From positions 25,978,001 through 26,042,000 of the forward strand of contig OX597830.1 of the NCBI GenBank assembly GCA_951406725.2: a DNA stretch of 64,000 bases, given 5' to 3'. The notes beneath the pieces were generated by a model that worked only from the letters and a program-made list of their open reading frames with translations, had not been told where the DNA came from and did not search any database. Positions within the stretch are counted from its first letter, which is position 1; each line of letters opens with the position of its first letter. Shown piece after piece: positions 42,443-56,292 of this stretch. Both the position numbers and the translations under genes were made by a program. Source of the DNA: Octopus vulgaris. Taxonomy: Eukaryota.

Positions 42443-43762
42443 AGCGGGTTTTAGAGGATTCCTCATTTTCTTTACTCTTTTATTCGTTTCCTTGTTTCAG
42501 TCATTTGAATGTGGCCATGCTGAAGCACCGCCTTTAGTCGAGCAAAAATAATGGGGTTGATTCGTTTAACAAAAATTTCTTCAGGTCGGTGCCCCAGCTT
42601 GGCCGCGGTTTAATGACTGAAAAAAATTAAATATAAAGTCTAAAGAACAGGAAAAAAGAAAGAGACTGTGTCTGAATCTTTGGTAGAATTCTTGATTGAG
42701 TAAAGATTTTGTTACGACCGTCTTAATTAAATAATCTAACATGTGATCACGTGATATACCAGATTATTGGGTATTGTTATATATCGCTGGTCACATAGCG
42801 CTTTGCGTTATTTTCGTTGTTGAATGATGCCACCCTGCTGGCTAGGCGAACAGTCCAATATTTATTTCGTTATTGCTCACAGTGGGGCTAAACATAGAGG
42901 GGACATGAATGACAGACAAAGGGATTAAGTCGATTACATCGACCCCAGTGCGTAACTGGTACTTAATTTATCGACCCCCAAAGGATGAAAGGTAAAGTGG
43001 ATGTCGACGGAATTTTAACTCAGAACGTAAAGACAGACGAAATACTGCTAAGCATTTCGCCCGGCGTGCTAACGTTTCTGCTAGCCCGCCGCCCTTCGAG
43101 CAGGCCAATATTACCCTTCATCGGAAGGCTATTTCGTAGTGGGCTGACCCATTTACAGCTGAGTGGAGTAAGGAAACATGAAATGAAGTGCTGTGCTCAA
43201 GAACATATTGCTCTACCCGGTCCGTGAATCGAACCTACAATCTGGCGAACGTGAGTGCAACACGCCTAACCACTAGTCCAAGCACCTTCACCAATACAAT
43301 AACAGCCGATGTTGGTTGGTTGGTTGATTGGTTGATTGTCTGGTTGCTTAATTTCTCCACTCATAGAGAGAGGGGGGAGTAAAACAGAGATAGATAGATA
43401 AATAGATGGCCTGAGTATTCATTCCATTATTTTTAATTAATTAATTAAAAAAAAGAAATTTGCTAAAAATCGAATTATATTTTAGTATGGAGTCTGGCTT
43501 GCTTGTTTTCTTTATGCTGTCGCTTGATGAAGTTGAGGCCACCCCATGTTAGTGAGCCCAGAGAAGTTATCATACGTAGAGCCGACCAGGTCCTCCAGTG
43601 CTCTGTATCGCTGGCGGTCCGTTGCCAGACTCTCAGCATACGAGTATATATGCTGCCAAGCATTTCTTCCAGTTCCAGCGCCGTAACAATTCTGCCAGCT
43701 CGACGCCTTTTCTCACCCAAATATACATTGAGTAACATTTTTCTCTCTTTCTCTTTTCCTAG

Positions 43763-43973
43763 GTGCCTATGAACTTGGGGCTATAGACCCAAGTCTTTAT
43801 AAAATTGTTGATGAAGATGAAGATTACGACATGTCTGACGACCATATCGGTCGATTGTGGTTTACGGTGGAGTACGAACGGGAAACGGAAAAACTGCTCG
43901 TCACACTAATAAAAGCGAAAAACTTACCCAGCCGTACAATGAGTAGTTCAAACGGATGCGACCCCTTCGTCAG
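43763..43973 (+). CDS. Internal coding exon of a synaptotagmin (SYT15-like): linker plus N-terminal half of the C2A domain
   Basis: Polypyrimidine acceptor ttctctctttctcttttcctag| and donor CAG|gtgagt. 211 nt, phase 1 to phase 2, open frame xAYELGAIDPSLYKIVDEDENYDMSDDHIGRLWFTVEYERETEKLLVTLIKAKNLPSRTMSSSNGCDPFVR. LGxIDPxLY, GRLWFxxEY, LxVxxIKAKNL and DPFVR are synaptotagmin C2A motifs. Paralog assignment is inferred. Confidence 0.92.
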
Positions 43974-45715
43974 GTGAGTAGACACCATTATAACGCCTTC
44001 TTAGATTTCTATTATAACAAAGTAACGTGCTACTTTGGCGTGTGGTCTACAACTCCAAAGGGCAATTACCTTAGGTTAGATCTTAATTTGTTTACGTTGC
44101 AAAACTCGTGGCTGCCAAACTTGTGTGATTTACACGCTTATTCTAATTATTATATTTTTTATTCTTGGTTTCTTATTATTATTCACAAAGACATAAATGA
44201 AACATGGTTTTATTGTTATTAAAAGATGTAGCACGGAATTTTGTCAGTGAACAGGTCGTGGTCTCAAAGCGACGAAAATATTTTGGCAAATTAAATTTAA
44301 ATGTTGAAGTGAATCTAACGGTTTTTGTGTGTTTCTTAAATGGCTTATAAACACCTTCCGCGCTGCAATTGTTTTCGTTCCAGCACACGATCTCAGATTA
44401 GGTCACTTGCCAAGCAAGTACATCTCCGTAAAAATAATAACAATTTTTAAAAACTACATTTACAATGCCAAGTATGTAAAAAAAAAGTAATATTGTAAAA
44501 ACATATTTTGACTGCAGTTAAGGGCTTTTAGAATTTGAGAAGTAAACTAAAAAGTAACCTAAAGTAATCGCCCTTTAGGATGTAGATCACGTGCCAAAGT
44601 GGAACCAAATTAGCAGTGTTTATTGAGTGAGGTATTGAGTTTGTTGTATAATAAATATACTGGGGCATTGCATCAAGTCTAAAACATATCTGTTGTCGTG
44701 CTGCGTAGACATTCTTTTCTACTCTAGGCCCACCTGCCCAAAAATTTCGGAGCAAGGCCCGAAGTTTCTGGGGAGGGGTTCAGTCGATTAGATCGATCCC
44801 AGTATGCAACTGGTTCTTAATTTATCGACCCCGAAAGGATAAAAGGTAAAGTCAACCTCGGCGGAATTTGATCTCAGAACGTAAAGGTAGACGAAATCCC
44901 GCTAAACATTTCGTCCGGCGCGCTAACTATTCTGCCAGCTGGCCGCCTTATGCTGCGTGGATATTTGGAAGTCAAACAAGCTTTCTAGATTTCAGCTTCG
45001 TTTTGATCTCAAGCTAATGAGACACCAATCAATGAAAGAATGATCCTGCCATTTACAGATATGATGCGAATCGCATAACAGAACGTGGTTACTAAGATGG
45101 TAAATTGACCGAGTGGTTAGGGCTTCAAATGGAATCACATGTCATGAAGTCCTTTCCACCTCTGTGTTCAAAACCCATCGAAGTCTCAAGCTAGCCTTTC
45201 AGCCACTTGCAGTCGACAGGAAAAAAATAACAGCGTGATACTGAGTTGGTTGGGTATATAAATTTAAGCATTCTATTTCGGGAAGAAATCGATTTTGTTC
45301 AGGCCTGAAGATTAAATGACTCTGCCAGGTTTGCACTGCCCAATACATATCATATATCACGTCGGGATCTCTATGACGCCATCAGAAGTTTTTAAGGCCC
45401 AAGGCAAGGTAGCGTAGTTATTATTTACAGCTAATTAGACTTCAATCTGTCCAACCAGAGAAATGCTAGAACTCACCAGTTTATGATACCCGAACGTATT
45501 TTATGAATCTTCTCCCTATAAGTATGCCAAAGACCTATAATCCTTTAAGGGACGTTTGCATCCTAGTTCTTCGGTTTTTACCAGTGTTTAGTTTTGCATT
45601 GATGGATATGGGTATTTAAGTTATATATGAATGAGAAAATAAGACAATGGAGAATTTGATATTTAGACAACAGTTTATTCAAATATATTCAAGTCAATAT
45701 AATATAAAATTTTTA

Positions 45716-45826
45716 TCCCTACAGCTGTTTCCATAGCCAAGTAATTCAATTAGATTAATTAAAATTAAATTAAATTAAATTAAAATTTCATATTGAAACT
45801 GGTTAATTGGCTATTTCATCAGGGGA
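45716..45826 (-). ncRNA. Type I hammerhead ribozyme with long AT-rich stem II, inside an inverted repeat
   Basis: Minus strand TCCC CTGATGA A ATAGCCAA...TTGGCTAT G GAAA CAGCTG TA GGGA. An inverted copy of the 3' half (ggctatggaaacagctgtaggga) lies on + near 45887-45909. Confidence 0.7.
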
Positions 45827-46035
45827 GAATTTTCCATAAAGAAAGTTTGAAATTAATTTAATTCAAGTTATCTAATTGAATTAAATGGCTATGGAAACAG
45901 CTGTAGGGATAAGAATCTCCTATTATTTTGATTTGAATATCTTTGGATAAACTCATGTCGATATGTCAAATTTTACCATTTCCTTCTTTTTCTCATTCAC
46001 ACACACACATACATATGTATGTGTACATACATACA

Positions 46036-46069
<34 letters not shown>

Positions 46070-46183
46070 CATACATATATACATATATATATATAGACAT
46101 ATGGGTGTGTGTATGTGTGTGTTTCCCTCTCGAACTTTGCTTATATATTCCGAGTTCGATTCCAAGCAGTGACGTGAATAATG

Positions 46184-46250
<67 letters not shown>

Positions 46251-46329
46251 TGATGATGATGATAATAATAATAATAACAATATCGAAAAATACCTTGGGA
46301 ATGAAAACCCAGGTTCGAAATTTCCCCAG

Positions 46330-46375
46330 AACACCTGATGAAGGCTGGAGGGTATATCAGCCGAAACGTTGTGTT
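46330..46375 (+). ncRNA. Minimal type I hammerhead ribozyme
   Basis: AACAC CTGATGA A GGCTG-gagggtatat-CAGCC GAAA CG TT GTGTT: stem I AACAC/GTGTT, palindromic AACGTT stem III, GUU triplet. Confidence 0.8.
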
Positions 46376-46499
46376 AACAACAAACAAGATTAGGACAAAT
46401 ATCCGTCAAATGTAAATAATGTAAATAATGTTTATCTATTCCATTCTCTAATTTTTGGATATTTATTGGCATATACAGCAACCCCTGTTGCTAACCGTG

Positions 46500-47010
<511 letters not shown>

Positions 47011-47108
47011 GAGGTATTTCTTTTTTTGTCATGAATTACGTCTAGCCACCCTGATATTGTGTTACACACCTGTCTTCGTCTTTTGCTGTTTATTTTGTAA
47101 ATTCCAAC

Positions 47109-47161
<53 letters not shown>

Positions 47162-47246
47162 GCGTGTGTATTTGTATATATATTGTCGAGCGGTTACTGT
47201 TTATATCTCGTTCAGAGATTTATTAATGCTTATATATATATAGATA

Positions 47247-47350
<104 letters not shown>

Positions 47351-47754
47351 ATATATTTGTATATATACAAGTGAGCTTTAGTCGTTATATAGCGTAGAAC
47401 TTAGGAAGTATACATTTGACACTATGGGTATTATCAGGAGACAAGGTGTACATTTAGTAATTATAATTTGACTTGCTTTTTTTTCTCAAATAACTTAGTG
47501 TTTATACAAAAGGAGGAACTGAATACTAATTTTTGAAAGAAAACTGAGATAAAATTACTTAAAAGAACATTCATAAAGGAAAGCGATTCTAAAAGCAAAA
47601 TTACTCTCTGTGGTAATTTTCACACACCTGCTTACACGCACTCACTCACCCATATTCATACACACACACACACACACACACATACACACACAGGCACAGA
47701 CACTCATACACACACCATATCTTTCTTTGTTTCTCTTTCTCTCTCTCTTTCCTG

Positions 47755-47855
<101 letters not shown>

Positions 47856-48723
47856 CATATATACACATATATGTATATATACACGCATATACGCATATAA
47901 ATATAATATATATATATATATATTTCTATACGTATGTGCGTGTATATATACATATGTATAAATATATGCATGTATACATACATATATGTACATACCTACA
48001 TATATATGTATATATACATGCATATATGGGTACAGGACATCTAACAACGTTGAACACAATGAGAAACGAAAACATAAAAACGAAAACATAGAAAACGAAA
48101 AAACAAACAGAGAAAAGAGACATGCAACATATAGAATATTCCCCTTCATCAGTTCTCCCTGTTTCATCTACTCCGCGTTTTCTAAGGCAAGGACAAGACG
48201 CGACTTCGTTGAAACAGTCCTTCCCGCAAAGCAAATTAAATAAAATTTGGCATTTTTTGCGGAGGGTTAAAGTGGTAACAAGAACAGGACAGTGAGAACA
48301 AGGCTGTAAAAACAATCGATGAGGGCTGTTAAGCCAAGACGATAGAAAAATTATTATTGAATGCTAGGAGGTGGAGCTTATGAAAAGAGTCAGGTATCCT
48401 TTCCCAAGTATATATACATATACATATCTTTTTTTCCTCCTTTTCCTCCACTCTCTCTCTCTGATTCTTTCTCTACATGCGGGCGTGTGTGTGCGTGACG
48501 TTTTGTCGTTCATTCACTCATTGCCTTCCTCCAAGCCTAATATATGCATTCGTCTTTCCCTCTGTTATGATAAATCTCTTTCTCTCCCTCTCCCTTCCCT
48601 CTCTCTATATGATGTAAAACATGACTGAAAGAAAATCAAGCAATCAACCAACCAATAATTATATAGGCTATTACTATATAGAGATATGCAAATTAAGACT
48701 ATAAAAACTCACTTTATAATTGA

Positions 48724-49094
48724 CTAGCAGTATCGCCCGGCGTTGCTCGGGTTTGTAAGGGAAATAACTATAAAGCATTTTTAGAGAGTTATAGCCAAAA
48801 ACTGGGAAAAAAATTATGGTAAATTTTTTTTTAGTTAAAAAGGTCGAGTTGCGTCCCCTAGACAGTCTGTGGTTTGTATTTCTGATTCTCGACCCCATGT
48901 TGAATTTATCGATTTTTTTCAGAACTGGGGGAACTTTTCAAAATTTTCGCTGCGTTAGTTTTGAATAATGACATTGGGCTATGTGTGTGTCAAGTTTCAT
49001 CAGAATCGGTTGAAAGCCGTGGTCAGGGTGAGGGTACAACCTAACAGACACACAGAAACACACACAGACAAACTGCCGTTTATATATAGAGAGA
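48724..49094 (-). mobile_element. Non-autonomous Helitron
   Basis: Minus strand begins A|TCTCTCTATATATAAA and ends with the hairpin CCCGAGCAACGCCGGG followed by CGATACTGCTAG|T: TC/CTAG termini inserted at an AT site. Confidence 0.85.
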
Positions 49095-51519
49095 TAAATC
49101 GGCAGACGCAGGGTTGCGCGACTAAGAAAATTGCTTCGCAATATCGTAGTTTCGGGTTCAATCTCACACTGCAACATATCATACTATATCCTAAGATAAA
49201 ATATTTTTAAAATGGAAACTCGAGCCATTGGCTATCTTTCGTGGAATCGACCCTGTTCCGACAATCACGTGGTACTTCGTGACTGATCATCACTTCCTCC
49301 TCTCCTTCAATTAAATCCGGAAGTTTTCTCTTCACCTTTCCATTGTCACCTAATATAATTGACTTGATGGATTCTATGTCTTTGATAAGTTTGAAGTATA
49401 GAATTATAAAAAAAAATAGAATAGAAAAAGAAGCTGTCATGTTATTCATACCTGTTACAGTTGACATGATTCACTCACTATCTGGAGTCGAAACCAAAAC
49501 CCAATCCAGTATGGATTGGGAAAACTCTTTTCTACTATCATCGCTTCTTTACGTTCTAAAATAAAATTTATAGCTGTACAAAATCCGCTGTTCTTGAAGG
49601 GTAGAAATGAGAATGTATAACATTAATGTCTTTCCCCATTGAAAATATCGTTACTTCATTTTCCAAGAGGGACTTTATCAATATAAATCCACTGAAATGA
49701 CTACAACCGGGATTGAGCACACTCTGTCAGTGAGCAAGTCCTTGTACAGTTGTTGAATTTGCTAGAAATAACAGTCAAATCTCTTTAAAATTGCAGCCTA
49801 CCGTATAAAAATAAAAATCGTATACAGTGAACAATGTAGTCGCTGATATACAAATATGCACGAATTGATCACGATAGGAACGCCTTTTATTATCAAAAGT
49901 GTTATTGATCAAGGCTAAACAAAGGTTAAACAACGGAAATAACAGCAGCGATGACTACGACATATGCATCAGACAGATATTAAAATCTTAAAGAGAACAA
50001 GGATAAAGTGAAAGGCTTTTACCTCAATGAAGGATGAGCTCAAAACACAACTGGACACGACCGTGCGCACCAAATTCTTGAAAGCGCCGTTTTGCCTGCG
50101 CTCTTGTACGCTAGAGAGACGTGGGCTACTACGAAGAGGGAAGAACATCGATTTGCTCCGAAAAAAAAAAGGCCAAGGAAAGAACCATGCAAGGAATATC
50201 ATTGCACAAACCTATCTGAAGACATCGACATCCTTAAGGATGGCTATTGGCTTGTGCAGTGATTTTATTTAAAGCGAAAAAGAGTTGCACACTCTCAAAC
50301 CACACTTTCTTGTCCATAATCATCTGCAGCCTAGAAGACAAGACAACTAGGAATGACCAGGACAAGATAACTGGGAAACTGGGAATGGAGAAAAATGCAG
50401 TGGGTAACCAAGATGTCTAACGTGCTTCGGCCTATTCTCTGTACTCCTCATTGCGTTACTGTAGTCGCCTTTTCCTCCGATGAACCACGAAGGTTTCTTC
50501 CGCAGCGTCCGACGGATCCAATGCTAATTAACCCATTGATGGAACCCTGATTGGTGTTACTACTCCGAGCCAGAGAAGACCTGGGAAAAACAAGGGATTG
50601 AACTTCCGTACCAGGGCCCCACCACCGGGTGCAGTTTAGAGTCATACCCAAAACAAAACTGACAACAGCAACAACAACATCATCAACAACAACAACAGCA
50701 TAACAACGACAGTAAAAACGACAATCACAACAATAACAACACCAAAATATCAACAACAACAAAAACAAAACAACAATGGCAATCACAATAACAACAACAA
50801 AAGAACAACAATAACAACAGAACAACAATGATAATAACAACAACAAAAATAACAATAATGAAAATAACAACAGTAATAACAACAACAACAAATGTGCAAC
50901 AGATTTTGATCAAGTGGTGTGCAGTCGAGTAAATCGACCAATTCAGGCTTGAGTGTCGTACCTTATGCGTGATTCGAACGCAAGATGCAAATTGTCTAAA
51001 ACTACTTCCTTTCGCACCACTTTACCTTTTAAATCAATTAATCAATTCAATCAACCTTTAAGTTAAGATAATTAGGAAAAAAAAAGAAAAGAAAAGACAG
51101 AAAGAGAGAGAAAGAGAAAGAGAAAGTGTAAAAATTTGTTTTGCAAAGAACGTGCGTGTGTGTGTGTGTGTCTATACATATGTATGTGTATATATGTGTG
51201 TATATATATGTGTGTGTGTGTGCGTGTGTGCCGTGTGTGAATAGGTGTTTTGCGCGTGAATGTGTATGTGTGTGTATCTATACGTGTATGCATATATGAG
51301 TGTATACATATATGTATGTGTGTGTTTGTGTGTATACATGTATGTGTGTGTGATATGTGAATATGTGTCTGCGTGTGAATGTGTGTGTGTGTGTGTATGT
51401 GTGTATGTGTGTGTGTGTGTGTATTTGTATCTTGAGGAAGAGGTTGCTGCAAGTGACATGCGTTAATTTAGATTCACTGCCTCGTCTTAATGACCGCGAG
51501 ACACGGTCCATTGTTAGCT

Positions 51520-51969
51520 ACAGGATCATCATCAGCGTCATCACCTGCAACAGCAACAGAAGCAACACCATCACCACCACCATCACCACCATCGGCTACC
51601 GATTCCATAGTCGTCACCACACCGCCACATGACAGGTACCACCTCCTTGGCTCCATGTAAACATATTAAATTCTTACTGCAGTCGTGACCACCTAAGCAC
51701 AAACCACCACCACAACCACCACTACCATCACCACCACCGCGACCTCCGCAAACTCCACCGCCGCTGCCATCACCACCGCAACCAACAACAACGCCATCTC
51801 TGCCGCCATCACCTCCACGATAATTGTCATCGTCACCGACATCTGCGTCACCGCCGTCACCATTGTCAGTACCACCACTTGCTCTACGTCAACCATATCC
51901 GACCAATAACGCCACCATCGACACCAAGACTACCACCAACATCACCGCCACCGCCACCACAACCACTAT

Positions 51970-52000
<31 letters not shown>

Positions 52001-52160
52001 AGCAGCATCGTAACCTCCACTAGTATTATTTCAAACAGCCACCGCCGCAATCATAACTACCAGCTCTACCTTAATTAGCGTCACCGCAATCTACAGCCCT
52101 TACCACCGTCACCAACACCACCACCACCACCACTACCACTACCACCACCACCACTAGCAG
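51520..52160. repeat. Degenerate (CAC/ACC/CAT)n trinucleotide tract
   Basis: Low-complexity triplet repeat with stops in several frames. A similar (AAC)n tract lies at 50660-50895. Confidence 0.75.
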
Positions 52161-52439
52161 CGTGCGTTATATAAATATTCTGATGCGCCTGGATGCTAAT
52201 TACAGATTAAATACGGACGGTGCGTTTTTTTGACAAGCCCGAATTCATTTGAATATGCAAATCACGAACCTTAAAGAAGTTATATGCAAATGATACCAGT
52301 TCTTTCGAGAACAATATGTTTTGACAAATACATTATGAAAAGCTGACAAAGCAAGACTTCAGTATTCATTGCTTACTGTTGCACAAACTCTGTGGGAGAG
52401 TGGCTTCTGTAACAACACCAAGGGCTAAAGATGTAGTCA

Positions 52440-52477
<38 letters not shown>

Positions 52478-52529
52478 AACATATATTTTGTAGTTTCTGG
52501 CCATGTATGTATGTATATGTCTCCTTGTT

Positions 52530-52567
52530 TCTTTCTGTGGGAGAGCGTAGGCTCGAAGCGTTAAAGA
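52530..52567 (+). ncRNA. Degenerate hammerhead ribozyme relic
   Basis: TCTTT CTGTGGGA GAGC-gtag-GCTC GAAG CG TT AAAGA: stems I and II intact, both catalytic boxes mutated. Confidence 0.5.
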
Positions 52568-52646
52568 CTTTTTCACTTCCTGAGTGTTATACTAATACAT
52601 CTAAACCACCTGTCTTCGTCTTTTTTTTTTTTTTTTTGTGAATTCT

Positions 52647-52698
<52 letters not shown>

Positions 52699-52816
52699 GA
52701 AAGAAGGTTTGAAAATGCAATTTTAAAAGATGTTTATTTACTTTACGCTTTTCACTCTTTGGAAAAAGATTGTCAAAAGTAACATGTAGAAGTTTGGTTG
52801 CGTTAATTATTGGTTG

Positions 52817-52934
52817 TTACAAAATGCTACATTACATATATACAGTCTTTGGTAACAATATATGTATATATATATATATATGTATTTACATATATTGTTA
52901 CCAAAGACTGTATATATGTAATGTAGCATTTTGT

Positions 52935-52939
<5 letters not shown>
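52817..52939. repeat. Perfect inverted repeat, about 50-bp arms around a TA-rich spacer
   Basis: ttgttacaaaatgctacattacatatatacagtctttggtaacaatatatgta versus its exact reverse complement. Confidence 0.9.
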
Positions 52940-53026
<87 letters not shown>

Positions 53027-53049
53027 ATATATATATATATTTATTTATA

Positions 53050-53092
<43 letters not shown>

Positions 53093-53370
53093 GTATGTAT
53101 GCTTACATATATACTTAAATATGTAGATACATATTTCCACAACACAAACACACACAGACACGGACCGAGATACAGACAGACATTTATACAGACGTAGACA
53201 CTCGTATATGTATACATATTTTACATATATACTGTGTAAATAGTATGGTCTCGTGTCGTATCTGTATAGTGAAAGTGTGTGTAGATGTGTATCTATATTT
53301 GTCTACCTATACTGTTGTGTATGAATGTGCGTGTGTGTTTGTGCGTATATACATATACATATATATATAG

Positions 53371-53712
53371 TGAAGGTGCATGGCTCAGTGGTTAGAGCGT
53401 CGAGCTTACGATCGTGAGGTTGTGAGCTCGAATCCCGGACCGGGCTGCGTGTTGTGTTCTCGAGCAAGGCACTTTATTTCACGTTGCTCCAGTTCACTCA
53501 GCTGTAGAAATGAGTTGCGACGTCACTGGTGCCAAGCTGTATCGACCTTTGTCTTTCCCTTGGATAACACTGGTGGCGTGGAGAGGGGAGGCTGGTATGC
53601 ATGGGCGACTGCTGGCCTTCCATAAACAACCTTGCCCGGACTTGTATCTAGGAAGGTAACTTTCTAGGTGCAATCCCATGGTCATTCATGACCGAAGGGG
53701 GTCTTACCCTTT
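53371..53712 (+). mobile_element. tRNA-derived SINE family C
   Basis: TGGCTCAGTGGTTAGAGCG (A box) .. GAGCTCGAATCCC (B-box-like) then GAGCAAGGCACTTTATTTCAC. Related copies at 772-1028 (-), about 10440-10650 (-), 13662-14007 (+) and 43100-43290 (-). Confidence 0.8.
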
Positions 53713-53738
53713 ACATATATATATGCGTGTGTGTATGC

Positions 53739-53785
<47 letters not shown>

Positions 53786-53786
53786 A

Positions 53787-53837
<51 letters not shown>

Positions 53838-54104
53838 ATACATATATATATGTATATTATTCAAAGAAATTCCAACTCTGTTTTTTATGTTTTATTTATA
53901 TTGTTTATGATATTAATGTAGAATATAGAATATATAGTATAAAAAGTATATATTGTATATATAGTATAATGAAATGAAGTATTGATTGTCGTATTGAATA
54001 GATGAAATAGTGAATATAAAATATTAAGAGACTTTCTTGCATTAAAGCAGTCTTCAAGGTCCCAAGGTCTCTAAGGTCCCTGTTACATTGGAGGTTAGCA
54101 AATA

Positions 54105-54835
54105 TATCTATAATAAAAAAAATGTGAGCGCAAATACTATAATATAAAACGCAGGCCCAAAATCCTTGAATATTCTTAAGTATTGAATTTAGAAAACTAA
54201 AGAGTAAGCCGTAATTAATTGTACAGGATAAGAAGAAAGAAAAAAGAACTTTCTGCTGAAGTTAGAATTTAAAAACTAAAAAAATAATAAACGCTGTTTT
54301 ATATATTTTTATTAATCAAAATACTCAAGATGCTATTTATTTTCAATTTTCGTGAAAAGACTTATTTCCTGGAAATTTACACGTTTCCTGCAAATTTACA
54401 CAATTTACACATTTTATATTATATTATAAATACATATTTTTAAAAAATCACATGACAGCAATTTAAGAAAAATTATAAACCCTAATGTTTTAACTTAAAA
54501 CAAAGAAAGTTTTAAATAAAAATATTAAATAATATATTTTTAAAAATATTAAAAATTCTCAAAAAATCTCCACACAGTATGTGAAGAACAATTTCTGAAA
54601 TATATTTAGCAAATTCCAACTTCAGAAGCAATATTCTAAAGTTTTTTCTTTATGTCCTGTACTTTTCGAGTTTTAATACATAAGAATATTCTTGTATTCT
54701 GAGCGCAGAATTTTCATTCTGCTACTACTTGTTCTATACTTTTCCAGGTTAAATACTTAAGAATATTCTAGTATTCTGTACCCTCATTTTTCAGTATAGT
54801 CTAAATTATCCCACGCAACGCGTCTATTATTATAA
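54105..54835. mobile_element. Foldback/MITE-like element with long imperfect inverted repeats
   Basis: gaatattcttaagtatt / aatacttaagaatattc and ctgctgaagttagaattt / aaattccaacttcagaag occur at mirrored positions. Confidence 0.5.
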
Positions 54836-55028
54836 TCAATTATAAAATTACACTTATAATTGGAAAAAAAAAAATGATAATATTGATAATATTGAAAATA
54901 TTTCTAAAATGATGATTTTGTTTAAAATTTTGTTTGCACCTAAAAATAACAAAGGATTGACAGCGATAGAAATTCGGATTATTTCCACTACTACACCTAA
55001 TCCGAGCTCGAGGCTATCTACATTGTTG

Positions 55029-55076
<48 letters not shown>

Positions 55077-56292
55077 GTGTACATATATCAATGACTGATG
55101 CATCAGGATACATCTTCAGTGATGTGCCTGGTATCATCGGGTGTTTCGGGATTTCAACATCATACACCCCGCTCCAGGTGACCCAGCTGGGGCTGATCAG
55201 ATTTCAGCTTGTGTCCAGATGGCCAGCTAGCTACCCAGTGATTGTCCTCGTTTGATCCACAGCTATCTTGAGGCCCTGTCTGCTTCAAGATGGCTGTGGA
55301 AAATACAGGTAAATAGAGAGACGGAGCTACCTCGATCATAAGTTAACTCAATTGCTACCGATCAAGGGACACGGGCTAATAGCAGAAACATCTTTATCTG
55401 TTACAAATAAATATATTTCGAAGCAATTTTTATTATAGAAGATCGGTTAAAAGTACATATACATACATTCATATATACATACATTCATACATACACACAT
55501 GCATACATACATGCATAATACATATACACACATATATATAATTAATATATATATATATATACATATATATGCATATATACATACGTGTATGTACATACAT
55601 CTATACGTATGTATATATGCATATGTGGGCACAGGACGTCATGAAACGTGTACAACAAAAAAGTACAAAGCACGAGTACATGGAACATGAACTATTCTTT
55701 CGAACAACGAAAGACACAAATGGAAAACAAGACAAACAACAAAAAGAGCGACTCTTCGTCAGTTGTTCGCTGTTTTTCTAGAATCGTATTTCGAGCATTT
55801 GACAACCATATATATATATATACATACATACATACATACATACATACATACATACATACATACATACATACATACATACATACAGGTAGATAGAGAGATG
55901 GATCTACTTTGATCATAAGTTAGCTCAATCGCTACCTTCCAAGAGGCACGGGCTAACAATATAAACATCATTATTTCACAACTCTTAATTCTAACGACAC
56001 ATATGAATTCGCGCGTTGCTTCTGTTGCTTATTTTGACAAGTAGACACTTAAATAATATATCAGTCTTGTATCTCATTGTTGGAAAACGGAAATTCCATC
56101 TGTTCAAAATTAATCAGAATCAATGAACGAGAACAGTATTTCTCAGGGGAGTTCATATGACACGTAGAGTTCTATATAAGATTTCGTTGCTAAAATTTCT
56201 CTACAATAAATTGCTTAAACATCTGCAAAGCACGAAATATTTTCACATTTTTTATACACTTCCTTGTGGCTATAAGTCCAGGAGTGGCTTAT

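Noticed and set aside
48140-48160. CTGATGA on the minus strand as a hammerhead (also CTGACGA at about 55755)
   Set aside because: No properly placed stem II, GAAA, stem III and stem I could be built.
51520-52160. Thr/Pro/His-rich mucin-like coding exon
   Set aside because: Degenerate trinucleotide repeat with stops in several frames and no splice signals.
53371-53450. tRNA gene
   Set aside because: The tRNA-like head continues into a SINE body, has no clean acceptor stem or terminator, and has diverged paralogs in the window.
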